Positions 29,720-38,206 of a DNA stretch of 63,054 nucleotides are shown in pieces (the first letter of the stretch is position 1; each line of letters starts with the position of its first letter). This DNA is from Gammaproteobacteria bacterium RIFCSPLOWO2_12_47_11. GTDB lineage: Bacteria > Pseudomonadota > Gammaproteobacteria > Eutrophobiales > Eutrophobiaceae. The notes beneath the pieces were generated by a model. That model was not told where the DNA came from. It ran no database searches and saw only the letters and a list, made by a program, of their open reading frames with translations. The DNA is taken from positions 1-63,054 of the forward strand of contig MGYU01000040.1 in the NCBI GenBank assembly GCA_001801885.1, given 5' to 3'. A program made the translations under genes and the position numbers.

Positions 29720-30841
29720 ATGCCATTAACAGTTGTACAAATATTACCCGCGCTTGATGTCGGTGGTGTTGAACGCGGCACGCTTGAGATTGCATCCGCA
29801 TTGGTCAGGAATGGTCATCGTTCCATCGTTATCTCCGGTGGTGGACGGCTGGTTAAACAACTTGTCAATGAGGGCAGCGAACATATCACTCTTCCCGTTG
29901 GCAAAAAATCTCTGCTTACACTATTACTGATCTCCAGGCTGAAAAAAATTCTGATAAATGAAAACGTGTCTGTGATTCACTCCAGATCAAGATTGCCTGC
30001 CTGGATCAGTTACCTGGCCTGGCGATCCATGGATGCACAACATCGGCCACATTTTGTCACTACCGTACACGGACCTTATACAGTTAATCGCTACAGCAGG
30101 ATCATGGTCCGCGGCGAGCGGGTGATTGCCATTTCTGAATTTATTCGCGATCACATATTGCAAAACTATCCTGATACAGATCCGAACAGTATTGAGGTCA
30201 TTCATCGTGGGGTTTCCTCTGACCAGTTTCCCCGTGGTTTTTGGCCCGCACAGGAGTGGCTTGCGAACTGGCAACAGACATATCCCGGACTGAACGGCAA
30301 ATTTGTTGTCACCTTGGCGGCACGCATCACCCGTTGGAAAGGACAGGATGATTTTATAGAAATTGTAAATTCAGCGGTAGCGCGTGGCCTGCCGGTACAT
30401 GGCCTGGTTGCTGGAGCCCCACACCAAAATAAAACTGCATTTTATGATCAGCTCAGAAACATGGTAAAAAACAGAAATCTTGATAATCACATTACATTCC
30501 TGGGCCACAGGGATGACTTGAAAGAAATTATGGCAATATCAAATGTAGTATTTTCCCTGGCAAGAGAACCGGAAGCGTTCGGCCGCACGGCGCTGGAAGC
30601 ACTTTGTCTTGGCACACCGGTTATCGCTTACGATCACGGCGGTGCTGCAGAAGTCATGCAGGCCATATTCCCAGAGGGTTGCATCAAACCACTCGATATA
30701 ATTGCTGCTGTAACCAGGCTGGAAGAATTTTACAGAACAAGACCAATAGTTCCTCAAAATAATCCATTTACGTTGGCACAAATGCAGAATAAAACAATCA
30801 ATCTCTATGAAAGTCTTTCTCAAGTTACTTCGAGGACTTGA
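29720..30841 (+). CDS. Glycosyltransferase family 4 (GT-B)
   Basis: 373 aa. N-terminal GGVERGT, C-terminal EPEAFGRTALEALCLGTPVIAYDHGGAAEV (E-x7-E region). Confidence 0.82.
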   Translation: MPLTVVQILPALDVGGVERGTLEIASALVRNGHRSIVISGGGRLVKQLVNEGSEHITLPVGKKSLLTLLLISRLKKILINENVSVIHSRSRLPAWISYLAWRSMDAQHRPHFVTTVHGPYTVNRYSRIMVRGERVIAISEFIRDHILQNYPDTDPNSIEVIHRGVSSDQFPRGFWPAQEWLANWQQTYPGLNGKFVVTLAARITRWKGQDDFIEIVNSAVARGLPVHGLVAGAPHQNKTAFYDQLRNMVKNRNLDNHITFLGHRDDLKEIMAISNVVFSLAREPEAFGRTALEALCLGTPVIAYDHGGAAEVMQAIFPEGCIKPLDIIAAVTRLEEFYRTRPIVPQNNPFTLAQMQNKTINLYESLSQVTSRT

Positions 30842-30860
30842 TTTAATACTCTACTGACAA

Positions 30861-31331
30861 ATGGCCAGAATTTTTATAATAAAACTGGGGGCGTTAGGTG
30901 ATGTGGTAATGGCAACCTCTCTCATCCGCCAGATACAACACTATCACCGGAATGATGAAGTGTGGTTACTGACGGCGCCCGCATTCACCGGTATTTTTAA
31001 CAATCATGACAATCTGAATGTTGTTTCCCTCGGGCGTAAAGGATTTATAGGGACCATCAAGATACTATCCTGGATAAGGGGAAAGAAATTCAGCCGGGTT
31101 TACGATCTGCAATCAAATGATCGTTCCTCTCTGCTCTGTGCCTTTTCCGGTATCACCGAGAGAATTGGTAACCATCCACATTTTCCTTACAACATTCATC
31201 CGGCAGAGAAATATACCGGGCAATGTCATATCTATGATCACATGTTGCAGGTGTTGGCAGCGGCGGGAATCAAGCCCGTTCATGAACCGCCGGTATTGCC
31301 GGCCACCGATCAGGAAAGGGCATTTTTTTGA
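30861..31331 (+). pseudogene. Truncated GT9 (heptosyltransferase-family) N-terminal fragment
   Basis: 156 aa that align along their whole length (about 55-60% identity by eye) to residues 1-155 of the intact GT9 at 32615-33571. It stops where the C-terminal Rossmann domain should begin. Confidence 0.7.
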
Positions 31332-31710
31332 ACAATTGCTTTTCAAGGTGAAAATCGCCGGCCTGGACAATCATATTACCTTCCTTGGCCATCGCAATGA
31401 CATCAGGGAAATACTGTTTGTATCAAATACAATTTTATCGCTTTCGAAAGAGCCGGAAGCCTTCGGTAGAACTGTATTGGAAGCATTATGTCTGGGGAAG
31501 CCTGTCATAGCCTATGATATTGGCGGCACTACAGAAATCCTCAAAGGGATTTTTCCGGCGGGTATTGTTCCACACAATCAGCCGAAAAGTGTTATTGCAA
31601 AAATCCGGGAGTTTATACAACAATCGCCCCCGGTAACGGCACATTGTCCGTTTACGCTTGAGCAAATGCTGGGCAAGACTATTCGGCTTTATGAAAAGCT
31701 CTGTCCTTAA
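31324..31710 (+). pseudogene. GT4 C-terminal fragment (paralog of the 29720-30841 C-terminus)
   Basis: FFEQLLFKVKIAGLDNHITFLGHRNDIREI..EPEAFGRTVLEALCLGKPVIAYDIGG aligns to residues ~245-370 of the upstream GT4. The first ~70 codons of track ORF 31117-31710 are only an out-of-frame read of the GT9 fragment. Confidence 0.7.
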
Positions 31711-31723
31711 ACGTCATTATGAT

Positions 31724-32608
31724 TTATGAATAATTATATCCGAAATCATATTTCAGATATGTCTTGCAGGTTTGTTTAAAAAAGAGCTCGTCTTTCTTGG
31801 TGGCTATTTCCTCTAATGTTTTCGCTTCCATTCTGATCTCTCCTGCTGGCCTCCCTGGATCATGCTTGAGAAGCATTTTGTCCTTGGTGGATTCCTGGAT
31901 CGCGAAATTCAGATAAGCTTCCCTTATATCAAGATTCCAGAAATTATTAATCCTGTTGACCTGCGCCAGTGTTTCACTGTTCAATTCTTCATATTTAACC
32001 AGAAGATGGTCATCCGGATATTTTTCTATTAACCGTCCCCAGGCGTTTACGAAGCGTATACACAACCATATATCATTATTGAATCTGCGGCCCCTCACAT
32101 TACCGCGCAGGTATTCAGAGAAACTGCAATTGTAACGATTTCGCCATTTTTCGTAATTTGATATTAATGAATACCTGATGTCCCTTATCAATACAATATA
32201 ACGAGGGAGTCTGAAAACAGATCTGAACATAGTGGATCGCAATAGCGGGTTGGGAATTGAATGGCTGCTACCGAGACGTGGAGAATTTTTATATAAAAGA
32301 GGATCCCTGGGGCCCCTGATAATATCATTGGCATGGTTGTATTGCGGCATTGGTAAACCATATTCTTTGGCAATCGCGACTGCTAGCATATATTTCAGCC
32401 AGTGTGTGCCGGACTGGTGCATGCTGACAAGAAATCCCGAATACTTCATGTGTCTGAGAAAGGCGAAGTTCGTCAAATCTTTTCTTGATGAATGAAAGTA
32501 ATAACCGCTATACATTATTCTGCCCCGGACATTAGCAATTAGTGTCTTCGGGATATATATTAACCTGTCTTTATTTATGTATCGATTAATAACTGTGGCG
32601 GACAACAA
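31724..32608 (-). CDS. PAPS-dependent sulfotransferase family protein
   Basis: 5'-PSB-like loop MHQSGTHWLKYM and 3'-PB-like motif VLIRDIRYSLISNY. Noticeably lower GC than its neighbours. True start may be the Met at 32515 or 32449. Confidence 0.6.
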   Translation of the reverse strand: MLSATVINRYINKDRLIYIPKTLIANVRGRIMYSGYYFHSSRKDLTNFAFLRHMKYSGFLVSMHQSGTHWLKYMLAVAIAKEYGLPMPQYNHANDIIRGPRDPLLYKNSPRLGSSHSIPNPLLRSTMFRSVFRLPRYIVLIRDIRYSLISNYEKWRNRYNCSFSEYLRGNVRGRRFNNDIWLCIRFVNAWGRLIEKYPDDHLLVKYEELNSETLAQVNRINNFWNLDIREAYLNFAIQESTKDKMLLKHDPGRPAGEIRMEAKTLEEIATKKDELFFKQTCKTYLKYDFGYNYS

Positions 32609-32614
32609 TTAATA

Positions 32615-33571
32615 ATGCCCAAAATACTGGTTATTAAATTCGGGGCGCTTGGCGATGTGGTCATGGCCACTTCCCTGATCAAGCAGATTCAAAGATTTCA
32701 CGGAGACAGTGAGGTCTTCCTGATTACCAGCCCGGCCTTCACCAGTGTGTTTGAACACTGGGATGACCTCAGCGTGATAGCTTTTAGCCGAAAGGGATTT
32801 CTGGAAACCATCCGGGTGCTTTCCTGGATTAGAAAATCAGGATTCAACCGGATATACGACTTGCAATCAAACGACAGGACATCAGTGATCTGCGCTTTCT
32901 CGGGAGTAAAAGAAAGAATTGGGAACCACCCTCGTTTCCCCTACACTCATCATCCCGCGGATATATGGACCGGTCAATGTCATATTTTTGAACGTATGCT
33001 TATGGTTCTTGAATCAGCAGGTATTCATGCTGAATCTGTTCCGCCTCTTATATTGTCAAACGACAAGGAAAAAGCCGGTGTGCGTGAATGGATGAACAGA
33101 CATCATTTGGCGAATGGTGCTTTTGTCATTCTCCACGCCGGCGCAAGCAGTGCTCATCCGGAAAAATGCTGGCCCTATTTCCTTGAACTCGCGCAGGTGA
33201 TAGACCAATCCGGACACTCCGTAGTGTGGGTAGGCGCGGAAACTGAGGCCCGGGAAAACCGCCAGCGTGCAGAGACAGTGGGTATAGACGCAAGTAATGC
33301 CTTCTCAATTACCGGGCTGGCAGAACTGGGAAGACATGCCTGTTTCGCCGTAACCAACGACTCCGGGCCTATGCATATACTTTCTGCCTCAGGGATCCCC
33401 GTGTATGCCTTTTTTGGTCCGACCAACTGGTTGAGGAGCCATGCCATAGGCCAGCGGGAGCATGTAATTATACCGCCCGGTCTTTCCAGCGATATTTACC
33501 ATCCGGAAACACTGGATAAAATTAAAGTATCTGGAGTTGTAGATATTTTGCGTACTGCCGGTTCATTATGA
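32615..33571 (+). CDS. Glycosyltransferase family 9 (heptosyltransferase-like)
   Basis: 318 aa. N-terminal ILVIKFGALGDVVMATSLI and C-terminal TNDSGPMH motif. Confidence 0.82.
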   Translation: MPKILVIKFGALGDVVMATSLIKQIQRFHGDSEVFLITSPAFTSVFEHWDDLSVIAFSRKGFLETIRVLSWIRKSGFNRIYDLQSNDRTSVICAFSGVKERIGNHPRFPYTHHPADIWTGQCHIFERMLMVLESAGIHAESVPPLILSNDKEKAGVREWMNRHHLANGAFVILHAGASSAHPEKCWPYFLELAQVIDQSGHSVVWVGAETEARENRQRAETVGIDASNAFSITGLAELGRHACFAVTNDSGPMHILSASGIPVYAFFGPTNWLRSHAIGQREHVIIPPGLSSDIYHPETLDKIKVSGVVDILRTAGSL

Positions 33572-34609
33572 CTTGACGTCACAAAGTTCCCGGTAAGCCT
33601 GTTCGATACGCGGGATCACGACATAACCTGAATAGTGATTTTTATACCGGTCAAGACCTCGCGCGGCCCTGACCGTGGCCTCCTCACGATTTAACACAAC
33701 ATATTTCATTGCGGCAACAAGCGATGCAACATTGCCTGCTTCTACAAAATAAGCCTGATTATCATCCAGTATTTCCATCGGCCCTTTGGTTTTTGTCGTG
33801 ATAATCGGCATCCCACAACTCATCGCTTCCAGTATTGCTATACCAAAAGGTTCCAGCAGGGATGGCATAACAAAAATATCGGCATCTGAAAGAAAACCTT
33901 CAACATCCTTAAGCCAGCCCTGAAATGTCACCTGCTTGTCCAGGCCGAGCCTGTTGCAAAGTCGCTGCAGGGGTTTACGCTCCGGGCCGTCACCACCAAT
34001 CATTAATCGCGCGTTTATGCCTGAACTGATTAACTCCTGGAATGCGTTAAGCAATATTTCGAACCCTTTTTTGCTAACCATGCGGCCATAACTGGCAAAA
34101 ACAATGTGATTTCGATTTACAGCTTTGATACATTCAACCCCTGGAAACAAAGAAAAATTTGGAATTACCTCAATATCATCTTTGCTTACATCATTTTCAA
34201 GCAAATAATGGCGCTGGTCATTCGTGGTCGCGATGAAAAAACTTACGTCCTGATAATATTTTAAATTAACGTAATTATGTGTTTTTACAACCAGAGGGAT
34301 ATTAAATTTTCTGGCTGTCTTTCCTGCAATATAGGCAGCCCTTGCCAGATGCGCATGTATCAAATCCGGTGAAAATTTCTTTACCACCTGTTTTATGCTG
34401 TATTGTGCCAGGGGATCCCACCAGCCCAGAACAGATAATGTTTCCGTGTATATTCCCGGCACAGCTTTCAGTCGCTTAAGTTCCTGGAAACGTTTATGAC
34501 ATATTACCTGGACAGCATGGCCCCGTTCCGCCAACGCCACAGAAAGGTCTGTAAAATACCGCTCGGCCCCGCCGAAACCTTTGCTCAACATGATTTGGGT
34601 TATTTTCAT
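33566..34609 (-). CDS. Glycosyltransferase family 4
   Basis: 347 aa. GGAERY N-terminal motif and EPFGIAILEAMSCGMPIITT. Confidence 0.85.
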   Translation of the reverse strand: MKITQIMLSKGFGGAERYFTDLSVALAERGHAVQVICHKRFQELKRLKAVPGIYTETLSVLGWWDPLAQYSIKQVVKKFSPDLIHAHLARAAYIAGKTARKFNIPLVVKTHNYVNLKYYQDVSFFIATTNDQRHYLLENDVSKDDIEVIPNFSLFPGVECIKAVNRNHIVFASYGRMVSKKGFEILLNAFQELISSGINARLMIGGDGPERKPLQRLCNRLGLDKQVTFQGWLKDVEGFLSDADIFVMPSLLEPFGIAILEAMSCGMPIITTKTKGPMEILDDNQAYFVEAGNVASLVAAMKYVVLNREEATVRAARGLDRYKNHYSGYVVIPRIEQAYRELCDVKS

Positions 34610-34612
34610 GCG

Positions 34613-35524
34613 TTAATTATCTGACAACTGCAAATGTTGCATTATGTATGAGGCAACATCATCTACGGTTACATTTTCAATAATTCTCCCTTCGCCAACC
34701 AGCCACCTTGCCTTGTTTCCCCAAGGCCGGTAACGCTCCGGCTGACCTATGCCAAAAATTGTGATGGAGGGGGTATTCACACCACTTGCCAGATGTCCCA
34801 AACCAGAATCATTTCCTGCAAAAACTGATACCTGTTTCAGGAAAGCAGCGGCTTGCAACAGTGACGTTTTTCCACATAGATCAATACATGGTAATAAGGA
34901 TTGTGACGCGATTATTCCGGAAAGCTCGTGATCCTTTTTGTCACCCATCAATACGACAGCATCAAAACGATCTTTCAGCTGATCAATCAGCCCCAGATAA
35001 TTCTGGTATGGCCAGATCTTCCCGGGCCAGTTTGCGCCCGGCCCAAGACCCAGCAGCTTCTTGCCATAATGCTTGCATAATATTTCTCTGGTAAATTCCT
35101 CATCCGCTTCGCCGATCCAGACGCGGCAAGACGGGATCTTGTTATTACCGTGTAATTTATAAATAATCCCCATGTGTTGTTCGACAGCGTGTGGCCCATA
35201 GGGCTTGCCCTGCCATCGGCCAAGTCTTTTATCTGCTCGTAATAACCAGGCAAGTCCATCGGTACGAAGATCCACTACCAGATCATATTTCCACGTGCGT
35301 AATTTTCTGATCAATGCCGGCCCGCCACGCAGGAATGATTGCTTTTCCTTATGAACTATTTCTCCGCGGTATGGGCAGTTTACAAATATATCGCTTGAGC
35401 GCCGATCTGCGACTATATCAATAATTGCATCGGGGAATTTCTCGTGCAAAGCCTGCAATACCGGTGTGGTCATTATCGCATCACCGATATTGCTCAGGGA
35501 GATTAGCAAGATTCGTTTATACAA
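34613..35524 (-). CDS. Glycosyltransferase family 9 (heptosyltransferase-like)
   Basis: 303 aa. ILLISLSNIGDAIMTTPVLQAL and GNDSGLGHLA motifs. A 3-nt gap separates it from the downstream GT4. Confidence 0.82.
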   Translation of the reverse strand: MYKRILLISLSNIGDAIMTTPVLQALHEKFPDAIIDIVADRRSSDIFVNCPYRGEIVHKEKQSFLRGGPALIRKLRTWKYDLVVDLRTDGLAWLLRADKRLGRWQGKPYGPHAVEQHMGIIYKLHGNNKIPSCRVWIGEADEEFTREILCKHYGKKLLGLGPGANWPGKIWPYQNYLGLIDQLKDRFDAVVLMGDKKDHELSGIIASQSLLPCIDLCGKTSLLQAAAFLKQVSVFAGNDSGLGHLASGVNTPSITIFGIGQPERYRPWGNKARWLVGEGRIIENVTVDDVASYIMQHLQLSDN

Positions 35525-35740
35525 TATTATTCGACTCTATATGCGATTAATAACCGGAGTTATTGGTATATAAAATGACGGCGTTATATATCGTTGCATA
35601 TTTTTGTTGATGCAGACCCGGGCAAAATCTTGCCATCAGGTCAAAATGATTTGTTAATGCTTTTACCGTGTTGCTTCCGCTCTACTTACAACAAAGTCCG
35701 CTTGATGCTTATACCTGTAACACAAGAATTTAAACAAATG

Positions 35741-36754
35741 TCATAATATTTGATCTCTGCGCAATCTTGATTTTCTTCGGGCCATATCAAATCTTTGATA
35801 TAAACTTCTTGGTATTGACTGCCAGGCCGGAATTTCCCGTATTACCGGATCTTTAATAATGGGGACGCTGTCGAATCTTTCCCCCAACTTTTCGGTCTGA
35901 ATTATTTTGCCCGGACATGAGGGGTGCGCATAATCAAAAAGCCCGGGGGTTCTAATCTCGTTTATTTGCCCGAATTCTCTGATACCATAAAAACCTGTTC
36001 CGGTATTGTCCATTGACGTTTTTTTTATCATTAAATTTGAGCCCTCTCTTCGCGACCTGTTAAGAGCTGTGCTGATTCCATAGTATACGGAATGCTCCGT
36101 GACGGCTATTCCTCTAACAAAATTTCCCTTGGATATAATCTCGCTTCTGCCGTCAATTGAAACACTGGTGCCAGCCATAGAACTCAAAGTTGATATGACA
36201 CCATCTCTTGCCCACACATTATGGGAACTGTAACCAATAAAATACTTGTTTAATATTGCCTTGCTCTGAAAATCGTACTCGTAAATAATTCCATTTCTGT
36301 CAATGCTTCCTGCCATATATATCCTGTTTTTAATGCTGAAAATTGAATTGAAGTGATATTTATGTGCGATTTTTGTTGTGATATTTTCACCAAGCGGGTG
36401 CCATCTACCCCATAGACCATTACCATAAATTGCAACCGTGGAATCATAGGTACAAACAGCCCATAATTTATTATCAAAATAATAAATTTGGTGCAGATCT
36501 CTCAACGGGAAAGCAGGCAGAAGTTCGTCTACCAATTCAAGATTATAATTATATACAAGAATTACCCCGGCCTGTTCTTCCGGCCTGCCCTTGCCCTTCG
36601 CATAAGAAATCCTTCGTGCTGCCACAAAAATATTCTTCTCATTATATGTTATCCCGTAATATGTACCATTGTCCCTGTCAATTAAATAAGCACGGGACAT
36701 CTTTTCGTCTATACAAATAAACCCGCGGCTTGTGGCTATTAATAATGTTGTCAT
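35741..36754 (-). CDS. Hypothetical protein, beta-rich (possible beta-propeller; weak resemblance to the DUF4915/TIGR03032 family)
   Basis: A 337-aa ORF with no overlapping alternative, about 30-38% GC by spot counts. Segments LHQIYYFDNKLWAVCTYDS and YHFNSIFSIKNRIYMAG resemble motifs I recall for DUF4915. Not verified. Confidence 0.5.
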   Translation of the reverse strand: MTTLLIATSRGFICIDEKMSRAYLIDRDNGTYYGITYNEKNIFVAARRISYAKGKGRPEEQAGVILVYNYNLELVDELLPAFPLRDLHQIYYFDNKLWAVCTYDSTVAIYGNGLWGRWHPLGENITTKIAHKYHFNSIFSIKNRIYMAGSIDRNGIIYEYDFQSKAILNKYFIGYSSHNVWARDGVISTLSSMAGTSVSIDGRSEIISKGNFVRGIAVTEHSVYYGISTALNRSRREGSNLMIKKTSMDNTGTGFYGIREFGQINEIRTPGLFDYAHPSCPGKIIQTEKLGERFDSVPIIKDPVIREIPAWQSIPRSLYQRFDMARRKSRLRRDQIL

Positions 36755-36834
36755 ATAACCTGGATGGGAATTTGATTGTGTTTTATTGCCACACTATGCA
36801 AATAACAGAAAACAAAACAATATTATTTCCCCGG

Positions 36835-38190
36835 CTATTTACCGATGCAAAAGTTTTTGAATATTTCACCCAGCAAATCATCGGACACAAAATCTCCCGT
36901 AATCCCGCCGAGTGAGCGTTGTGCCAAACGTAATTCTTCTGCCAGTAATTCCGGCCCTGCATGTTCGTGATAAAGCTTAAACGCTTTTTTGAGTGATGCG
37001 CTTGTACGGCTCAATGCGTCAAGGTGTCTTTTACGGGCCATAAAAACATCTTCAGATAAATCCTGCATGCCGAGTATTTTTTTTAAATGCCAGGTAAGCA
37101 ACTCCAGGCCGGTACCTGTTTTTGCTGATAATAATATTTCCGTATGCCCGCTTTTTCCCTGTTTTATTTCTGGTTGCGTTCCGGTCAAATCGATTTTGTT
37201 ACAAAGAACAATAACCCGTTCATCATTACCCGCCTTGTCCATCAGTTTTTGTTCTTCTGTGCCAGGCTCCTGCCCATGCTCATACATTATAATCAACACA
37301 TCTGCGTTTTCAGCGGCCACGACTGCACGCACAACACCTTCCCTTTCCGCCTTGTTTGCTGTTGTCCTCAGCCCTGCTGTGTCAATGACATGTACAGGAA
37401 TATCATCGACCAGGATATCCTGTCCTATTAAATCACGGGTGGTCCCCGGTTCATCAGTGACGATCGCGGCCTCCCTGCCCGCCAGTTTATTCAGCAACGT
37501 CGACTTGCCCACATTTGGCCGGCCAACAATCACGGCGGTGACGCCCTCATTCAATATCGCGCCCTGTTTTGCACGCACAAACAGGGCCGCAAGTTCTGAC
37601 AGGCAGGATTCCAGTCTTGTGCTTATGTTTGCAGTACTGGAAAAATCAATGTCCTCATCCGGAAAATCAAGCGAGCCCTCGACTAACATTCTCAGTTCGA
37701 TGAGTTTATCCAGCAATATCCTGATGCGCCTTGAAAACTCACCCTCAAGCGATCTGACAGCACTGCGTGCGGCATGATCAGACGTAGCATCAACCAGATC
37801 GGCAACGGCTTCTGCCTGGACAAGATCGAGTTTGTTGTTGTGAAAGGCGCGCTCAGTGAATTCACCGGGGTGTGCCAGTCGTGCGCCCAACTCCAGTACC
37901 CGGCTTACAATTTGATTAAGAACGATCCTGCTGCCGTGTGCATAAATCTCCAGCATGTCCTCGCCCGTGTATGATGACGGTGCAGAAAAAAATATCGCGA
38001 TCCCTTCGTCTATGACCGCTGCATCTTTTCCCCTGAACTTGCACAAATGGGCATGTCGCGGCGTTAATATCTGTGTAACCAGCCCCGTCATAATATTTTT
38101 AACGTCCGGGCCGGAGACCCGCACGACGCCTATTCCTCCACGCCCCGGGGGTGTTGCTATGGCAACGATGGTATCCGTTTTTTCAACCAT
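36835..38190 (-). CDS. mnmE: tRNA modification GTPase MnmE
   Basis: 451 aa. G1 GRPNVGKSTLLN, DTAGLR, C-terminal FCIGK. Confidence 0.96.
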   Translation of the reverse strand: MVEKTDTIVAIATPPGRGGIGVVRVSGPDVKNIMTGLVTQILTPRHAHLCKFRGKDAAVIDEGIAIFFSAPSSYTGEDMLEIYAHGSRIVLNQIVSRVLELGARLAHPGEFTERAFHNNKLDLVQAEAVADLVDATSDHAARSAVRSLEGEFSRRIRILLDKLIELRMLVEGSLDFPDEDIDFSSTANISTRLESCLSELAALFVRAKQGAILNEGVTAVIVGRPNVGKSTLLNKLAGREAAIVTDEPGTTRDLIGQDILVDDIPVHVIDTAGLRTTANKAEREGVVRAVVAAENADVLIIMYEHGQEPGTEEQKLMDKAGNDERVIVLCNKIDLTGTQPEIKQGKSGHTEILLSAKTGTGLELLTWHLKKILGMQDLSEDVFMARKRHLDALSRTSASLKKAFKLYHEHAGPELLAEELRLAQRSLGGITGDFVSDDLLGEIFKNFCIGK

Positions 38191-38206
38191 CGGGTCCGTT
38201 TCTTGA

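Noticed and set aside
31117-31710. The 197-aa track ORF, considered as an intact gene.
   Set aside because: The first ~70 codons are the +1 frame of the GT9 fragment and look like noise. Only the last ~125 residues are homologous to a GT4 C-terminus.
36989-37777. Long antisense ORFs opposite well-supported genes: 262 aa opposite mnmE, and similar ones at 7087-7671 (lptA), 22458-23042 (hisF), 5904-6443 (kdsC), 43044-43550 (dnaN/recF), 50922-51452 (bioC) and 3910-4806 (yrbG).
   Set aside because: Their translations are low-complexity (Ser/Arg/Cys-rich) with no recognisable motifs. Each fully overlaps a gene with strong family signatures on the other strand, so they are shadow ORFs.
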